Origin: an uncultured Gemmatimonadales bacterium
Lineage (GTDB): Bacteria > Gemmatimonadota > Gemmatimonadetes > Longimicrobiales > Longimicrobiaceae
Direction: 5' to 3'
NCBI GenBank assembly: GCA_963716255.1
Contig: OY970303.1
Span: 8,359,712-8,423,711, forward strand
Length of the DNA stretch: 64,000 nt
Notes under the pieces: generated by a model
The model's database searches: none
Seen by the model: the letters and a program-made list of their open reading frames with translations, nothing else
What the model was told of the DNA's origin: nothing
Shown: piece after piece, positions 1 to 8,447 of the stretch
Layout of the letters: each line of letters begins with the position of its first letter
Position numbering within the stretch: position 1 is the stretch's first letter
Made by a program: the position numbers and the translations under genes

Positions 1-708
1 CGTCGCGACTTCGTGGCCAGCGTCTCCCACGAGCTGCGCACGCCGCTGGCGCAGATCCGCATGTTCAGCGAGACGCTGCTGCTGGGGCGCGAGCGCTCGG
101 TGGAGGAGCGCAGCCGCTGGGTGGGCGTCATCCACCGCGAAGCGCGCCGCCTGGGCGACCTGGTGGAGAACGTGCTCCTCTTCTCGCACCTGGAGGGGCC
201 CGGCCTGCGGCTCGCCCGGGAGCCCACCGGCCTGGAGGAATTGCTGGAGGAAGTCGCCGAGGTGTACGCCCCCTTCGCCGCCGCGCGCGGGGCCCGCCTG
301 GTGACCGACGTGTGGACGGACTCGCCCGCCGACGTGGACCCGCGCGCCATCCGGCAGGTGGTGGTGAACCTGCTGGACAACGCCCTCAAGTACGGGCCGC
401 AGGGACAGGCCATCACCCTGGGGCTGCACCCCGGCGGTCCCGGGCGGGTGCTCCTTTCCGTGGCGGACCAGGGGCCGGGCGTGCCGGCCGCGGACCGGGA
501 GCGGCTGTGGGAGCCGTTCGTGCGCCTGGACGACCGCGACGGCTATTCGGGCGGGAGCGGGCTGGGGCTGGCGGTGGTGCACAGCATCGTGGCGCAGCAC
601 GGCGGTCAGGTGCGCGTGGAGGACGCGGCGGGCGGCGGAGCGAAGTTCGTGGTGGATCTTCCGTTGGCGGGCGTGTCCCCGGGTGAGGTTGCGGTGCAGG
701 CAGGGTGA
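1..708 (+). CDS. Sensor histidine kinase, C-terminal HisKA + HATPase part (5' truncated by window edge)
   Basis: Frame open from base 1 (RRDFVASVSHELRTPL = H-box); N-box NLLDNALKY, G1 DQGPG, F-box, G2 GSGLGLA. Confidence 0.95.
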   Translation, partial: RRDFVASVSHELRTPLAQIRMFSETLLLGRERSVEERSRWVGVIHREARRLGDLVENVLLFSHLEGPGLRLAREPTGLEELLEEVAEVYAPFAAARGARLVTDVWTDSPADVDPRAIRQVVVNLLDNALKYGPQGQAITLGLHPGGPGRVLLSVADQGPGVPAADRERLWEPFVRLDDRDGYSGGSGLGLAVVHSIVAQHGGQVRVEDAAGGGAKFVVDLPLAGVSPGEVAVQAG

Positions 709-732
709 ACGACTACGGCAAACGGCGGGCTC

Positions 733-864
733 GGGCGTGCCCCCGGCTGGCGCCGGGGTCGGGCTTCGGCTCCGTAGGGCTGCAAACAACGCAGCCCAAC
801 GGAGTCGAGCCCCGCGAAACGGCCCGCGGGTCTCGCCCCTTCGGGCCGTAATCCCTCACGCGGG
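733..864 (+). repeat. Dispersed ~135-nt multi-hairpin element, copy 1 (ends resemble the Flavo-1 RNA motif)
   Basis: GGGCGTGCCCCCGG...GGGGTCGGGCT...ATCCCTCACGC; near-identical copies at 3304-3439 and 16094-16229 with compensatory stem changes. Confidence 0.9.
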
Positions 865-1031
865 GCCCGCGCTGGCGTCCGCGGGAGGCCCCCCCCCGGA
901 GGGTGGGCGAGTGCTCTTGCGAGTCCCTTGGGGGTTCGCACCGCCGGAAGAGCCTCCCCCGGCCGGCCCCATACCCGGAGTCAGCCGCAGCACGTGCCGT
1001 GGATCCCTGCTGGCAGCTGGGCGCCAGACGC

Positions 1032-1068
1032 ATCGGGGGGCGGGAGCCGTTCAGCCCCCGCCCCCGAT
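1032..1068. terminator. GC-rich hairpin between the convergent kinase and moaA genes
   Basis: ATCGGGGGGCGGG...CCCGCCCCCGAT inverted repeat; no clear U-tract. Confidence 0.45.
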
Positions 1069-1089
1069 CTCACTGCTTCGCCGGCCCGC

Positions 1090-2145
1090 TCAGCCCCCCA
1101 CCTGCGACAGCGCCAGCAGCCCCCCGCTCCCCGCGTCGCTCCCCTGCACCAGCCAGTGCCGCTCCGGCTTGATGCGCAGCGTCTCGCGCACCAGCGGCTC
1201 CAGCGGCTCGCCGCGCCGCAGCGGCCCCCGCAGGTCCGTCTGCACGTGGCCGAAGAGGCACGGGCGGAGCTGGCCGTCCGCGGTGAGGCGCATGCGGTTG
1301 CACGTCCCGCAGTAGTTGTGGCTCATGGGAGTGATCACGCCCACGGTGCCCGCCGCGCCGGGCAGCGCATAGTACCGGGCGGGGCCGTTGCCCCGGGGCC
1401 CCGCCACCAGCTGGAGGTCGCCCACGCGGGAGATGCGCTCCAGCATCTCGTCCGAGGACACGTAGTCGTCCTGCGACACGCCCAGGTTCTCGCCGGTGGG
1501 CATCACCTCGATGAAGCGGACGTGCCAGGGGCGCTCGCGCGTGGCCGCGGCGAAGTCCGCCACCTCGTCGTCGTTGCGGCCGCGCATCACCACGCAGTTG
1601 ATCTTGATGGGCGCGAACCCCGCGCGCTCCGCCGCTTCGATGCCGGCGAAGATCGCCGCCGCCGAGCCGGCGCGCCGCGAGATCGCGTCGATCCGCTCCG
1701 GGCGCAGCGAGTCCAGCGACACGTTCACCCGGTCCACGCCCGCCTCGCGCAGCTCGTCCGCCACCTCCGCGAGCAGCACCGCGTTGGTGGAGAGCGCCAG
1801 GTCCTCGATCTCCGGCACCGCGCGGATCAGCCGCACCAGCCGCGGCAGGTCGCGCCGCACCAGCGGCTCCCCGCCCGTGAGCCGCACCCGCCGCAGCCCC
1901 ATCCCCGCCATGACCCGCACCACCTCCGCGATCTCCTCGTAGCGCAGGATCTCCTCGCGGCGCAGCCACGGGAGCCCCTCCTCCGGCATGCAGTACACGC
2001 AGCGGAGGTTGCACTTGTCCGTCACCGAGACGCGCAGGTACTCCACCCGCCGCCCGAAGCCGTCCTGCATGGGGCCGGCGTCGGGCACCTCGCGGCGCTC
2101 CGGCTGCGGGAACACCCCGCCGATCCTCACCAGCGGGCCGCTCAC
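1090..2145 (-). CDS. moaA: GTP 3',8-cyclase MoaA (radical SAM)
   Basis: YLRVSVTDKCNLRCVYCMP, TGGEP, C-terminal CxxCNRMRLTADG-PCL and terminal GG; GTG start chosen because it overlaps the moaE stop (GTGA). Confidence 0.95.
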   Translation of the reverse strand: MSGPLVRIGGVFPQPERREVPDAGPMQDGFGRRVEYLRVSVTDKCNLRCVYCMPEEGLPWLRREEILRYEEIAEVVRVMAGMGLRRVRLTGGEPLVRRDLPRLVRLIRAVPEIEDLALSTNAVLLAEVADELREAGVDRVNVSLDSLRPERIDAISRRAGSAAAIFAGIEAAERAGFAPIKINCVVMRGRNDDEVADFAAATRERPWHVRFIEVMPTGENLGVSQDDYVSSDEMLERISRVGDLQLVAGPRGNGPARYYALPGAAGTVGVITPMSHNYCGTCNRMRLTADGQLRPCLFGHVQTDLRGPLRRGEPLEPLVRETLRIKPERHWLVQGSDAGSGGLLALSQVGG

Positions 2146-2591
2146 CGCGCCCCCTCCTCCACCCGCGGCGCGAAGCCCGGGACCCACTCCGAGTCCCCGT
2201 CCACGTACCCCTCCCGCTTCCACACCGGCACCCGCTGCTTCAGCTCCTCGATCACGTAGCGCGACGCCTCGTACGCCTCCGCGCGGTGCGGCGCCGCCAC
2301 CACGATGGCCACGCTCGCCTCCCCCACCTCCAGCCGCCCCACCCGGTGCACCACCGCGATCTCGCCGGTGCCCCAGCGCGCGCGCGCCTCCGCCGCGATC
2401 TCCGCCAGCTTCGCCTCCGCCATGGGCGCGTACGCCTCGTATTCCAGGTGGCTCACCGCCCGCCCGCCGTGCTCGTCGCGCACCACGCCCCAGAAGAGCA
2501 GCGCCGCCCCGTCCGACGGGGCGACCGCGTCGCGGAGCAGCGCGGCGGCATCGAGGGGGTCGCGGGTGACTCGGAAGGCGGACACCCTCAC
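2142..2591 (-). CDS. moaE: Molybdopterin synthase catalytic subunit
   Basis: FWGVVRD, LEYEAY, HRVG, PHR, LKQRVPVWKRE motifs. Confidence 0.95.
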   Translation of the reverse strand: MRVSAFRVTRDPLDAAALLRDAVAPSDGAALLFWGVVRDEHGGRAVSHLEYEAYAPMAEAKLAEIAAEARARWGTGEIAVVHRVGRLEVGEASVAIVVAAPHRAEAYEASRYVIEELKQRVPVWKREGYVDGDSEWVPGFAPRVEEGAR

Positions 2592-2833
2592 CCTCCCGCC
2601 ACCGGGGGGATGAACGCCACCTCGTCGCCGTCGCGGAGCGCCGTGGAGAGCGGGGCGTACTCCAGGTTCACGGCCACCGCGGGAGCGGCGGGAAGCGCCG
2701 CCAGCCCGGGGCGGGAGCCGCGCAGCTCGCGCACCAGGTCCGCCACGGTCGCCGACGCGGGAAGCTCCACCAGCAGCTCGTCGGCGCCGGCAAGCTCGCG
2801 GTAGGTGGCGAAGAACAGGGAGCGTACGGTCAT
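2588..2833 (-). CDS. moaD: Molybdopterin synthase sulfur carrier
   Basis: 81 aa, FA-YRE, AVN-EY, GDEVAFIPPVAGG C-terminus; overlaps moaE start. Confidence 0.95.
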   Translation of the reverse strand: MTVRSLFFATYRELAGADELLVELPASATVADLVRELRGSRPGLAALPAAPAVAVNLEYAPLSTALRDGDEVAFIPPVAGG

Positions 2834-2909
2834 GGAAGCACGGGAACGGGCGGGACAGCAGGAGCCTCTGCTACCCCGCCCTTTCCCGCAGGTTCGGAGT
2901 GCCGCCCAA

Positions 2910-3215
2910 TCAACCCGCGCCGGACGCGCCCGGGCCGGGAACGTTCTGCCGCACCTCCTCGGGCGGGGCCAGCGTCACCATGAACTGCGACACCTCGTGG
3001 TGGAGCCGCGAGCTGGAGCCGCGCACCACGGTCCTGCCGTCGCGCGTCCCCACCCCGATGGTCACGTCCCCCGCCTCCGTGGCCAGGCGGATGTGCGACT
3101 CGCTCGAGTCCTCCTCGAACCCCGCGTAGGGCGAGAACTGCATGGAAAAGAACGAGCGGGCCTGCTCGATCACCTCCGCGGGGGACAGGTGGGTCTCCAC
3201 TTCCTGGATCAGCAT
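2910..3215 (-). CDS. Hypothetical protein (101 aa, MLIQEVETHL...)
   Basis: GGAGG RBS before ATG 3215; globular-looking composition; the longer track ORF runs through the repeat element. Confidence 0.7.
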   Translation of the reverse strand: MLIQEVETHLSPAEVIEQARSFFSMQFSPYAGFEEDSSESHIRLATEAGDVTIGVGTRDGRTVVRGSSSRLHHEVSQFMVTLAPPEEVRQNVPGPGASGAG

Positions 3216-3303
3216 ACGGCCTCCGGTTCGGGTTCGGTCCGGCCGCGAAAGGGCAGGAGGCGTGCCAGTCCGCAACGGCTTTAACGGCTTGGACTGCCGG
3301 TTT

Positions 3304-3439
3304 GGGCGTGCCCCCGGCTGGCGCCGGGGTCGGGCTTCGGCTCCGTAAAGCAGCAAACAACGCTGCTCAACGGAGTCGAGCCCCGGCGGAAACAGCCTCG
3401 CCGGGTCTCGCCCCTTCGGGCCGAAATCCCTCACGCGGG
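3304..3439 (+). repeat. Dispersed ~135-nt multi-hairpin element, copy 2
   Basis: Aligns end to end with 733-864 and 16094-16229. Confidence 0.9.
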
Positions 3440-3484
3440 CGCCGCGCTGCTCCCGCGATGCCGGTACGGCCTCGCTCCGCTGCC

Positions 3485-3673
3485 TCAGCGTTCGCGGCGG
3501 CGGCCCATCCAGACCGCCTCCGGGTCGGCGCGGCGCACCGCGTGCAGCTCCGGGAGCACGACGTCGTCGTAGCCGCGGCGGACGTCGTACGCGGTCTCGT
3601 AGGGGCCGAGGGCGCGGGAAGCGGAATCGGCGCCGGCCCCACCGCGCAGGGCCTCCGGGAATGAGCTGGGCAT
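3485..3673 (-). CDS. Possible small hypothetical protein (62 aa, MPSSFPEALRGG...)
   Basis: Protein-like C-terminal part (YETAYDVRRGYDDVVLPELH); no strong RBS. Confidence 0.4.
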   Translation of the reverse strand: MPSSFPEALRGGAGADSASRALGPYETAYDVRRGYDDVVLPELHAVRRADPEAVWMGRRRER

Positions 3674-3722
3674 CGGTGTCGTCGTGCGGGAGGGAGCGCT
3701 CGGGAACGCATGCCGTGGACGC

Positions 3723-3763
3723 AAGAAAGGCGCCCTGGCCCCCTCTCGGGGGCCGGGCGCCTT
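3723..3763 (-). terminator. Intrinsic terminator of the HU/IHF gene
   Basis: AAGGCGCCC(T)GGCCCCC-TCTC-GGGGGCCGGGCGCCTT stem ending in a U-rich run (TTTCTT) on the minus strand. Confidence 0.7.
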
Positions 3764-3816
3764 CTCGCGGGCAGGGCCCGCGCCGGCTCGGGCCGCGGGG
3801 CGTCGCCGCCCCGGGA

Positions 3817-4113
3817 TCACACCTCGAGCGGCTTCTCCTCCACCATGGCGCGGAGCTCCTTGGACGGCTTGAACACCGGCACCGCCCGCGGGGGAACCTC
3901 CACCGGGTCGCCCGTGCGCGGGTTGCGCGCCAGCCGGCTCTTGCGCTCGCGGACCTTGAAGGTGCCGAAGCCGCGGATCTCGATGTTCTGATGGTCCGCC
4001 ATCGCGTCCTTGACGGCGTTCAGGAACGAGTCAACGACCACTGCGCAGTCCCGCTTGGTGATCCCGGGACCGATCGCATCGGCAACCCGCTGGACCAGAT
4101 CCGCTTTCGTCAT
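3817..4113 (-). CDS. HU/IHF family DNA-binding protein (IHF-beta-like)
   Basis: MTKADLV...IEIRGFGTFKVRERKSRLARNPRTG...PVFKPSKELR; AAGGAG RBS before ATG 4113. Confidence 0.95.
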   Translation of the reverse strand: MTKADLVQRVADAIGPGITKRDCAVVVDSFLNAVKDAMADHQNIEIRGFGTFKVRERKSRLARNPRTGDPVEVPPRAVPVFKPSKELRAMVEEKPLEV

Positions 4114-4413
4114 CGAGGTTCTCCTTGGGGGGTTGGAAGCTGGGGCGGGAGCCCCGTTCAGTGCGCGCGAGCGCAAACGTACGTCCGGGTGGAAGGCCGC
4201 CCGGGGTTGCCGTCCCGGTGCAGGTCCCGCCCGGGCCCTGCCGTGGTCCCGGCAGCGCCCGCTGGTCCCTCTTGCGGTCTCGGTTCGCTGGGAAGATCGT
4301 GTCGATCGGAGGGCCGGGACGACGGATCGCGCCGCTGGCGACCGAGGAGACGTTTCCGCGGGACGGACAGGGAGGGAGCTAAGAGGTTGACCTACGGCAG
4401 TTTATCGAGCCGA

Positions 4414-4442
4414 AGGATAATGCGACGCGTAGAAACCGTCAA
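4414..4442 (-). promoter_or_regulatory. Sigma70-type promoter facing the HU/IHF gene
   Basis: TTGACG-N17-TATCCT on the minus strand, overlapping the carA stop. Confidence 0.55.
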
Positions 4443-5563
4443 GCGTCGTGGCTGCCGGCGCCCGTCCGGCGCTCCATCTCGGCGACGAACCGGTCGAAGA
4501 GGTAGCGCGAGTCGTGCGGCCCCGGGGCCGACTCCGGGTGGTACTGCACGGAAAACACCGGGCGCCCGGTGTGCTCCAGCCCCTCCACCGTGCCGTCGTT
4601 GAGGTTGAGGTGCGTCACCCGCAGCTCGGGCGCGCCGGGGATCCCCGACTCGTCGCCACGCACGGCGAAGCCGTGGTTCTGCGCGGTGATCTCCACCGCC
4701 CCGTCCAGGATGCGGCGCACCGGGTGGTTCCCGCCGCGGTGCCCGTAGTGGAGCTTGTAGGTCTCCGCCCCGAAGGCGCGGGCGATGAGCTGGTGCCCCA
4801 GGCAGATGCCGAACACCGGCGTGTCGCGCCCCGCCAGCTCGCGGATGGAGTCCAGCGCGTGCCCCACCGCCTCCGGGTCGCCCGGCCCGTTGGAGATGAA
4901 CATCCCGTCCGCCCCCGCGCCCACGATCTCCTCCACCGGCGTGCCGGAGGGGAGCACCGTCACCTCGCAGCCGCGCTCCGCCAGCAGCTTGAGCGAGTGC
5001 GACTTGACCCCGAAGTCGTAGGCGAGCACCCGGAAGCGAGTCTCCCCCGCCGCGGGCACCACGTAGCGGTCCGCGGTGGAGACGCCGCACGCCAGGTCCA
5101 GCCCGGCCATGGAAGGCTGCTCCAGGATCCGCGCGCGGAGCGCCTCCGGGTCCTGCTCGCCGTGGGCGATGGCGCCGCGCATGGCCCCCAGCGAGCGGAT
5201 GTGCCGGGTGAGCGCCCGCGTGTCCACGCCCGCGATCCCCACCACGCCGTGCCGCCGGAGATAGTCCTCGAGCGACTCGCTCGCCCGCCAGTTGCTGAAC
5301 GCCGGCGGCGCCTCGTGGATGACGAACCCGGCCACCTGCGGCCCCGCGGACTCCTCGTCCTCGGGGTTCGCGCCGTAGTTGCCGATGAGCGGGTACGTCA
5401 TGGCCACCAGCTGCCCGGTGTACGAGGGGTCCGTGAGGACCTCCTGGTAGCCGGTCATCGAGGTGTTGAAGACGACCTCCCCGAACACGGTCCCGGCGGC
5501 GCCGAACGCCTCCCCGTGGAACACGCGCCCGTCCTCCAGCATCAGCACGGCGGTCTGGCCCAA
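4439..5563 (-). CDS. carA: Carbamoyl-phosphate synthase small subunit
   Basis: GEVVFNTSMTGYQEVLTDPSY, SNGPGDP, GICLGHQ, QNHGFAV, QYHPE; TTG start at 5563 after GGGGAGAGG. Confidence 0.95.
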   Translation of the reverse strand: MGQTAVLMLEDGRVFHGEAFGAAGTVFGEVVFNTSMTGYQEVLTDPSYTGQLVAMTYPLIGNYGANPEDEESAGPQVAGFVIHEAPPAFSNWRASESLEDYLRRHGVVGIAGVDTRALTRHIRSLGAMRGAIAHGEQDPEALRARILEQPSMAGLDLACGVSTADRYVVPAAGETRFRVLAYDFGVKSHSLKLLAERGCEVTVLPSGTPVEEIVGAGADGMFISNGPGDPEAVGHALDSIRELAGRDTPVFGICLGHQLIARAFGAETYKLHYGHRGGNHPVRRILDGAVEITAQNHGFAVRGDESGIPGAPELRVTHLNLNDGTVEGLEHTGRPVFSVQYHPESAPGPHDSRYLFDRFVAEMERRTGAGSHDA

Positions 5564-5634
5564 GTCGCCTCTCCCCCGATCTCCGTCGGCTCGTTCGTTC
5601 AAGTGCATGCCGCATCGGCGGATGCGATCGCGGC

Positions 5635-5662
5635 AATCTACCGCGCCCGCGAGATCTGTCAA
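5635..5662 (-). promoter_or_regulatory. Sigma70-type promoter of carA
   Basis: TTGACA-N16-TAGATT on the minus strand. Confidence 0.5.
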
Positions 5663-5745
5663 GCGCCGCCCTCCCCGCCCTGGGATTCGGCGCCGGCCCA
5701 GGGTAGATTCACCCGCTTTCCGCACCCACCCCGCACCCGAGAACG

Positions 5746-6348
5746 ATGAGCGAGCCGCTGGTCTTCATCTACGCCGACGAGTCCTGCCTGGGAAACCAGT
5801 TCAAGGGCAGGGCCCGCCCCGGGGGCGCCGCGGGGCTGGTGGAGTACTTCCACCCCGAGCGCGGCTGGGTCCGCCGCGACTTCTGGGTCTCGGAGCCGGA
5901 CACCACCAACAACCGCATGGCCATCCGCAGCGCGGCGCTCCCGCTGGCGGCGCTCCGGAGCGCGTCGCGCGTGGTGTTCACCAGCGACAGCCGCTACCTG
6001 GTGGACGGGATGACGCAGTGGGTGCACGGCTGGGCCGCCCGCGGCTGGAAGCGCAAGGACGGGGAGATCGAGAACCTGGCGCTGTGGAAAGAGCTGCTGG
6101 GGATCGCCCGCCGCCACCAGGTGCAGTGGCGCTGGGTCAAGGGGCACAACGGCCACGCGCACAACGAGTACGCCAACTACCTGGCCACGCGCGCCGCGGC
6201 GAAGCAGGATTCCAGCGGGGGGCTGGTGGAGTCGCGCTTCGACGAGTGGGTGGCGGAGGAGCAGGCCAAGGAGCGCTGCCTGGACTTCTTCCCCATGCCG
6301 CCCACCCGGTTCGAGTTCAAGGCGGCGCGGGCGCTCCCTCGCGGCTGA
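5746..6348 (+). CDS. rnhA: Ribonuclease HI family protein with variant active site
   Basis: YADESCLGN, TTNNRM, TSDSRY, WVHGWAARGWK, N-LW-L, WVKGH-G---NE motifs. Confidence 0.9.
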   Translation: MSEPLVFIYADESCLGNQFKGRARPGGAAGLVEYFHPERGWVRRDFWVSEPDTTNNRMAIRSAALPLAALRSASRVVFTSDSRYLVDGMTQWVHGWAARGWKRKDGEIENLALWKELLGIARRHQVQWRWVKGHNGHAHNEYANYLATRAAAKQDSSGGLVESRFDEWVAEEQAKERCLDFFPMPPTRFEFKAARALPRG

Positions 6349-6354
6349 GGTCGT

Positions 6355-6756
6355 TCAGGCGAGGAAGGCGGCGGGCGAAACCGCGACGGTGGGAAAGGCC
6401 GCCAGCACCTTGCGGTCCGAAGTGACCAGCGCAACACCCTCCGCCTGCGCCACGGCGACGAACTCGCAGTCATACCCCGTGCACCCCGACACGGCTGCCA
6501 GGCGGAGCACGTGCTCGGACCGTGCACTCCTCTCCCTCGCCGCGAGGAGCACTTCGCTACGGGCCATCAGGACGAGCGCGTCGTCGAGCGGAAGTGCTCC
6601 CCGGCGGACGTAGAGCACCAGAAGGTTGCGGAACTCGCTTCGCCAGAGCGGGGGAACGATCCAGTCCGGATCCCTGGCGAACACACCCGACGCGGTCTCG
6701 GTATGCTCGCCCGGGATGATTAGGTACGCGACGACGTTCGTGTCGACGACGATCAA
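6355..6756 (-). CDS. PIN-domain (VapC-like) toxin
   Basis: MIVVDTNV, SEFRN, YDCEFVAVA, LVTSD; start overlaps antitoxin stop. Confidence 0.9.
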   Translation of the reverse strand: MIVVDTNVVAYLIIPGEHTETASGVFARDPDWIVPPLWRSEFRNLLVLYVRRGALPLDDALVLMARSEVLLAARERSARSEHVLRLAAVSGCTGYDCEFVAVAQAEGVALVTSDRKVLAAFPTVAVSPAAFLA

Positions 6757-6995
6757 GGACGCCCCTCGTTCTTGGCCTCGTCCAGGAACTCGTCGGTGAG
6801 CCAGGGCAGGTTCATGCGGGATCGCATCTCCGCCAGATCCCGGAGCACCTTTGCCGAGTCGACGGGCCGCTCCCTGACGGCGCGCTGAAGGCAGACGATC
6901 GCCTCACTGTTCAGGCTGCGCCGGTTCTCCTCTGCCTGCCGCTTCAACTCGGCATATAGATCGTCGGGGATGTTCTTGAGCGTGAAGTTCGCCAT
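6753..6995 (-). CDS. Arc/ribbon-helix-helix (FitA-like) antitoxin
   Basis: MANFTLKNIPDDLYAELKRQAEENRRSLNSEAIVCL; translationally coupled to the PIN gene. Confidence 0.88.
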   Translation of the reverse strand: MANFTLKNIPDDLYAELKRQAEENRRSLNSEAIVCLQRAVRERPVDSAKVLRDLAEMRSRMNLPWLTDEFLDEAKNEGRP

Positions 6996-7006
6996 GGAGT
7001 GCCTCC

Positions 7007-7062
7007 GGAACGGTTTCGAAATGGAACCATTCCGAATCTAACGAATCCACTCGCGCTCGCAA
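7007..7062 (-). promoter_or_regulatory. TA promoter with inverted-repeat operator
   Basis: TTGCGA-N16-TAGATT (7062-7035); imperfect IR GGAACGGTTTC-GAAAT-GGAACCATTCC (7007-7033) between the -10 and the RBS. Confidence 0.55.
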
Positions 7063-7070
7063 GAACCGCG

Positions 7071-7105
7071 AGGGGGAGCACCGCCCGGCGCGGTGCTCCC
7101 CCCTT
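7071..7105. terminator. Terminator-like hairpin downstream of the CHRD gene
   Basis: GGGGGAGCACCGC-CCGGC-GCGGTGCTCCCCC perfect stem. Confidence 0.6.
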
Positions 7106-7126
7106 GTCTGTGCCTGACGCTAGCGC

Positions 7127-7618
7127 TTACGGCAGGTTGCCGCGGATGGCGCCGGCCGGCAGGGCGGTGGTGTGCAGGTTGACGTAGTAGTTTTTCGGGT
7201 CGGCGAGGAGCGCGTTGGCGAGCGTGGCGTTGGTGGCGGTACCGCTCAGCTCGAACTGCCGCGCGGTGTAGCTTCCGCCGAGCAGCGCCAGGGCGACCGG
7301 CCCGGTCCCGTTGGCCTGGCTGACCACGTGGATGTGCCCGGCCCGGAACGCTTCCCCCGCCGGGTTGTGCACGCGCAGCGTCCACTCGATCACGCCGCCG
7401 GGCTTCACCTTGACCTGCGCGAACCCCCACGCCTTGGAGTTGGTGGGGGCGGGGAGCTCGTCCTGTGGCCGGAGCTGCGCCGTGTAGACGGCGAGAGGCG
7501 CACGCTGGACGCCCACGCGAGCGAAGGAAGCGGCACTCGCGGAGAACGCACGCGTTGTGGTGGGCTCGCCACAGGAGGCGAGCGCGAGCACGAGCGCAAA
7601 GGGAGCCAGAGTGCGCAT
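7127..7618 (-). CDS. CHRD-domain lipoprotein
   Basis: Lipobox LASC after MRTLAPFALVLA; AGHIH...GPV and YVNLHT-ALPAGAIRGNL CHRD motifs. Confidence 0.85.
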   Translation of the reverse strand: MRTLAPFALVLALASCGEPTTTRAFSASAASFARVGVQRAPLAVYTAQLRPQDELPAPTNSKAWGFAQVKVKPGGVIEWTLRVHNPAGEAFRAGHIHVVSQANGTGPVALALLGGSYTARQFELSGTATNATLANALLADPKNYYVNLHTTALPAGAIRGNLP

Positions 7619-7727
7619 GGTGCCTCCGGGGCCGCGGGTTCGGGGAGTGGATCGGTGTGGGAGGGGCGGGACAGCCTGACGCCATGCTGCAAGCCGCGTG
7701 CGCGCGGATTCCACGGCTCCACGGACG

Positions 7728-7765
7728 ACGGGGGCGGCGGACACGCGTCCGCCGCCCCCGTTTTT
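7728..7765. terminator. Perfect 15-bp hairpin downstream of lipB
   Basis: ACGGGGGCGGCGGAC-ACGC-GTCCGCCGCCCCCGT; T-run is on the plus strand. Confidence 0.65.
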
Positions 7766-7784
7766 CCTGTCTCCCCCGCCGGCG

Positions 7785-8447
7785 TCAGCGCTCGAGCACG
7801 GCCCGGCCGAACTCCCTCTCGAAGCAGCGGACCACCACGGCCTCCACTTCCTCCATCGCCACCGCGCGGCCCAGCTCGCCGGAGATGGAGCCGACGCCGT
7901 ACTGCGTGATCCCGCAGGGGACGATGGCGCCGAAGAACGACAGGTCGGTGCTGACGTTGAGGGCGAAGCCGTGGCTGGTGATCCACCCCGAGGAGACGCG
8001 CACCCCGATCGCCGCGAGCTTGCGGTCGTCCACCCAGGCGCCCGTGAGCCCCTCCTTGCGCCCGCCCACCAGCCCGAACTCCGCCAGCACGGCGATGAGC
8101 ACCTCCTCCAGGTCGCGAAGGTAGCGGTGCAGGTCCTGGCGGTCCGGCTTGAGGTCCAGGATGGGGTAGCCGACGAGCTGCCCCGGCCCGTGGTAGGTGA
8201 CGTCGCCGCCGCGGCCGGTGTCGAACAGCTCGATCCCGCGCGCGGCCCGCTCCTCGGCCGAGACGAGCACGTTGTCGTCGTGCGCCCCGCTGCCCAGGGT
8301 GATGACGTGCGGGTGCTGGAGCAGGAGGAGCGTGTCGGGGATCTCCCCGGCGCGCCGCCGCCGGACGAGCTCCGCCTGCAGCTCCAGCGCGTCCGCGTAG
8401 CGCACGAGCCCGAGCCGCCGCACCTCGAGGGGCCGGGACGCCGTCAC
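7785..8447 (-). CDS. lipB: Octanoyltransferase LipB
   Basis: QHPHVITLG, RGGDVTYHGPGQLVGYPI, KLAAIGVRV, HGFALNV, IVPCG; GTG start overlaps the upstream stop. Confidence 0.95.
   Translation of the reverse strand: MTASRPLEVRRLGLVRYADALELQAELVRRRRAGEIPDTLLLLQHPHVITLGSGAHDDNVLVSAEERAARGIELFDTGRGGDVTYHGPGQLVGYPILDLKPDRQDLHRYLRDLEEVLIAVLAEFGLVGGRKEGLTGAWVDDRKLAAIGVRVSSGWITSHGFALNVSTDLSFFGAIVPCGITQYGVGSISGELGRAVAMEEVEAVVVRCFEREFGRAVLER

Noticed and set aside
3304..3439. Moco riboswitch upstream of the moaDEA operon
   Set aside because: The GGAAAC..GCCTC resemblance is on the strand opposite to the moa genes, and another copy (16094-16229) lies at an unrelated locus
4439..5563. carA without adjacent carB
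   Set aside because: Separated carA and carB are common
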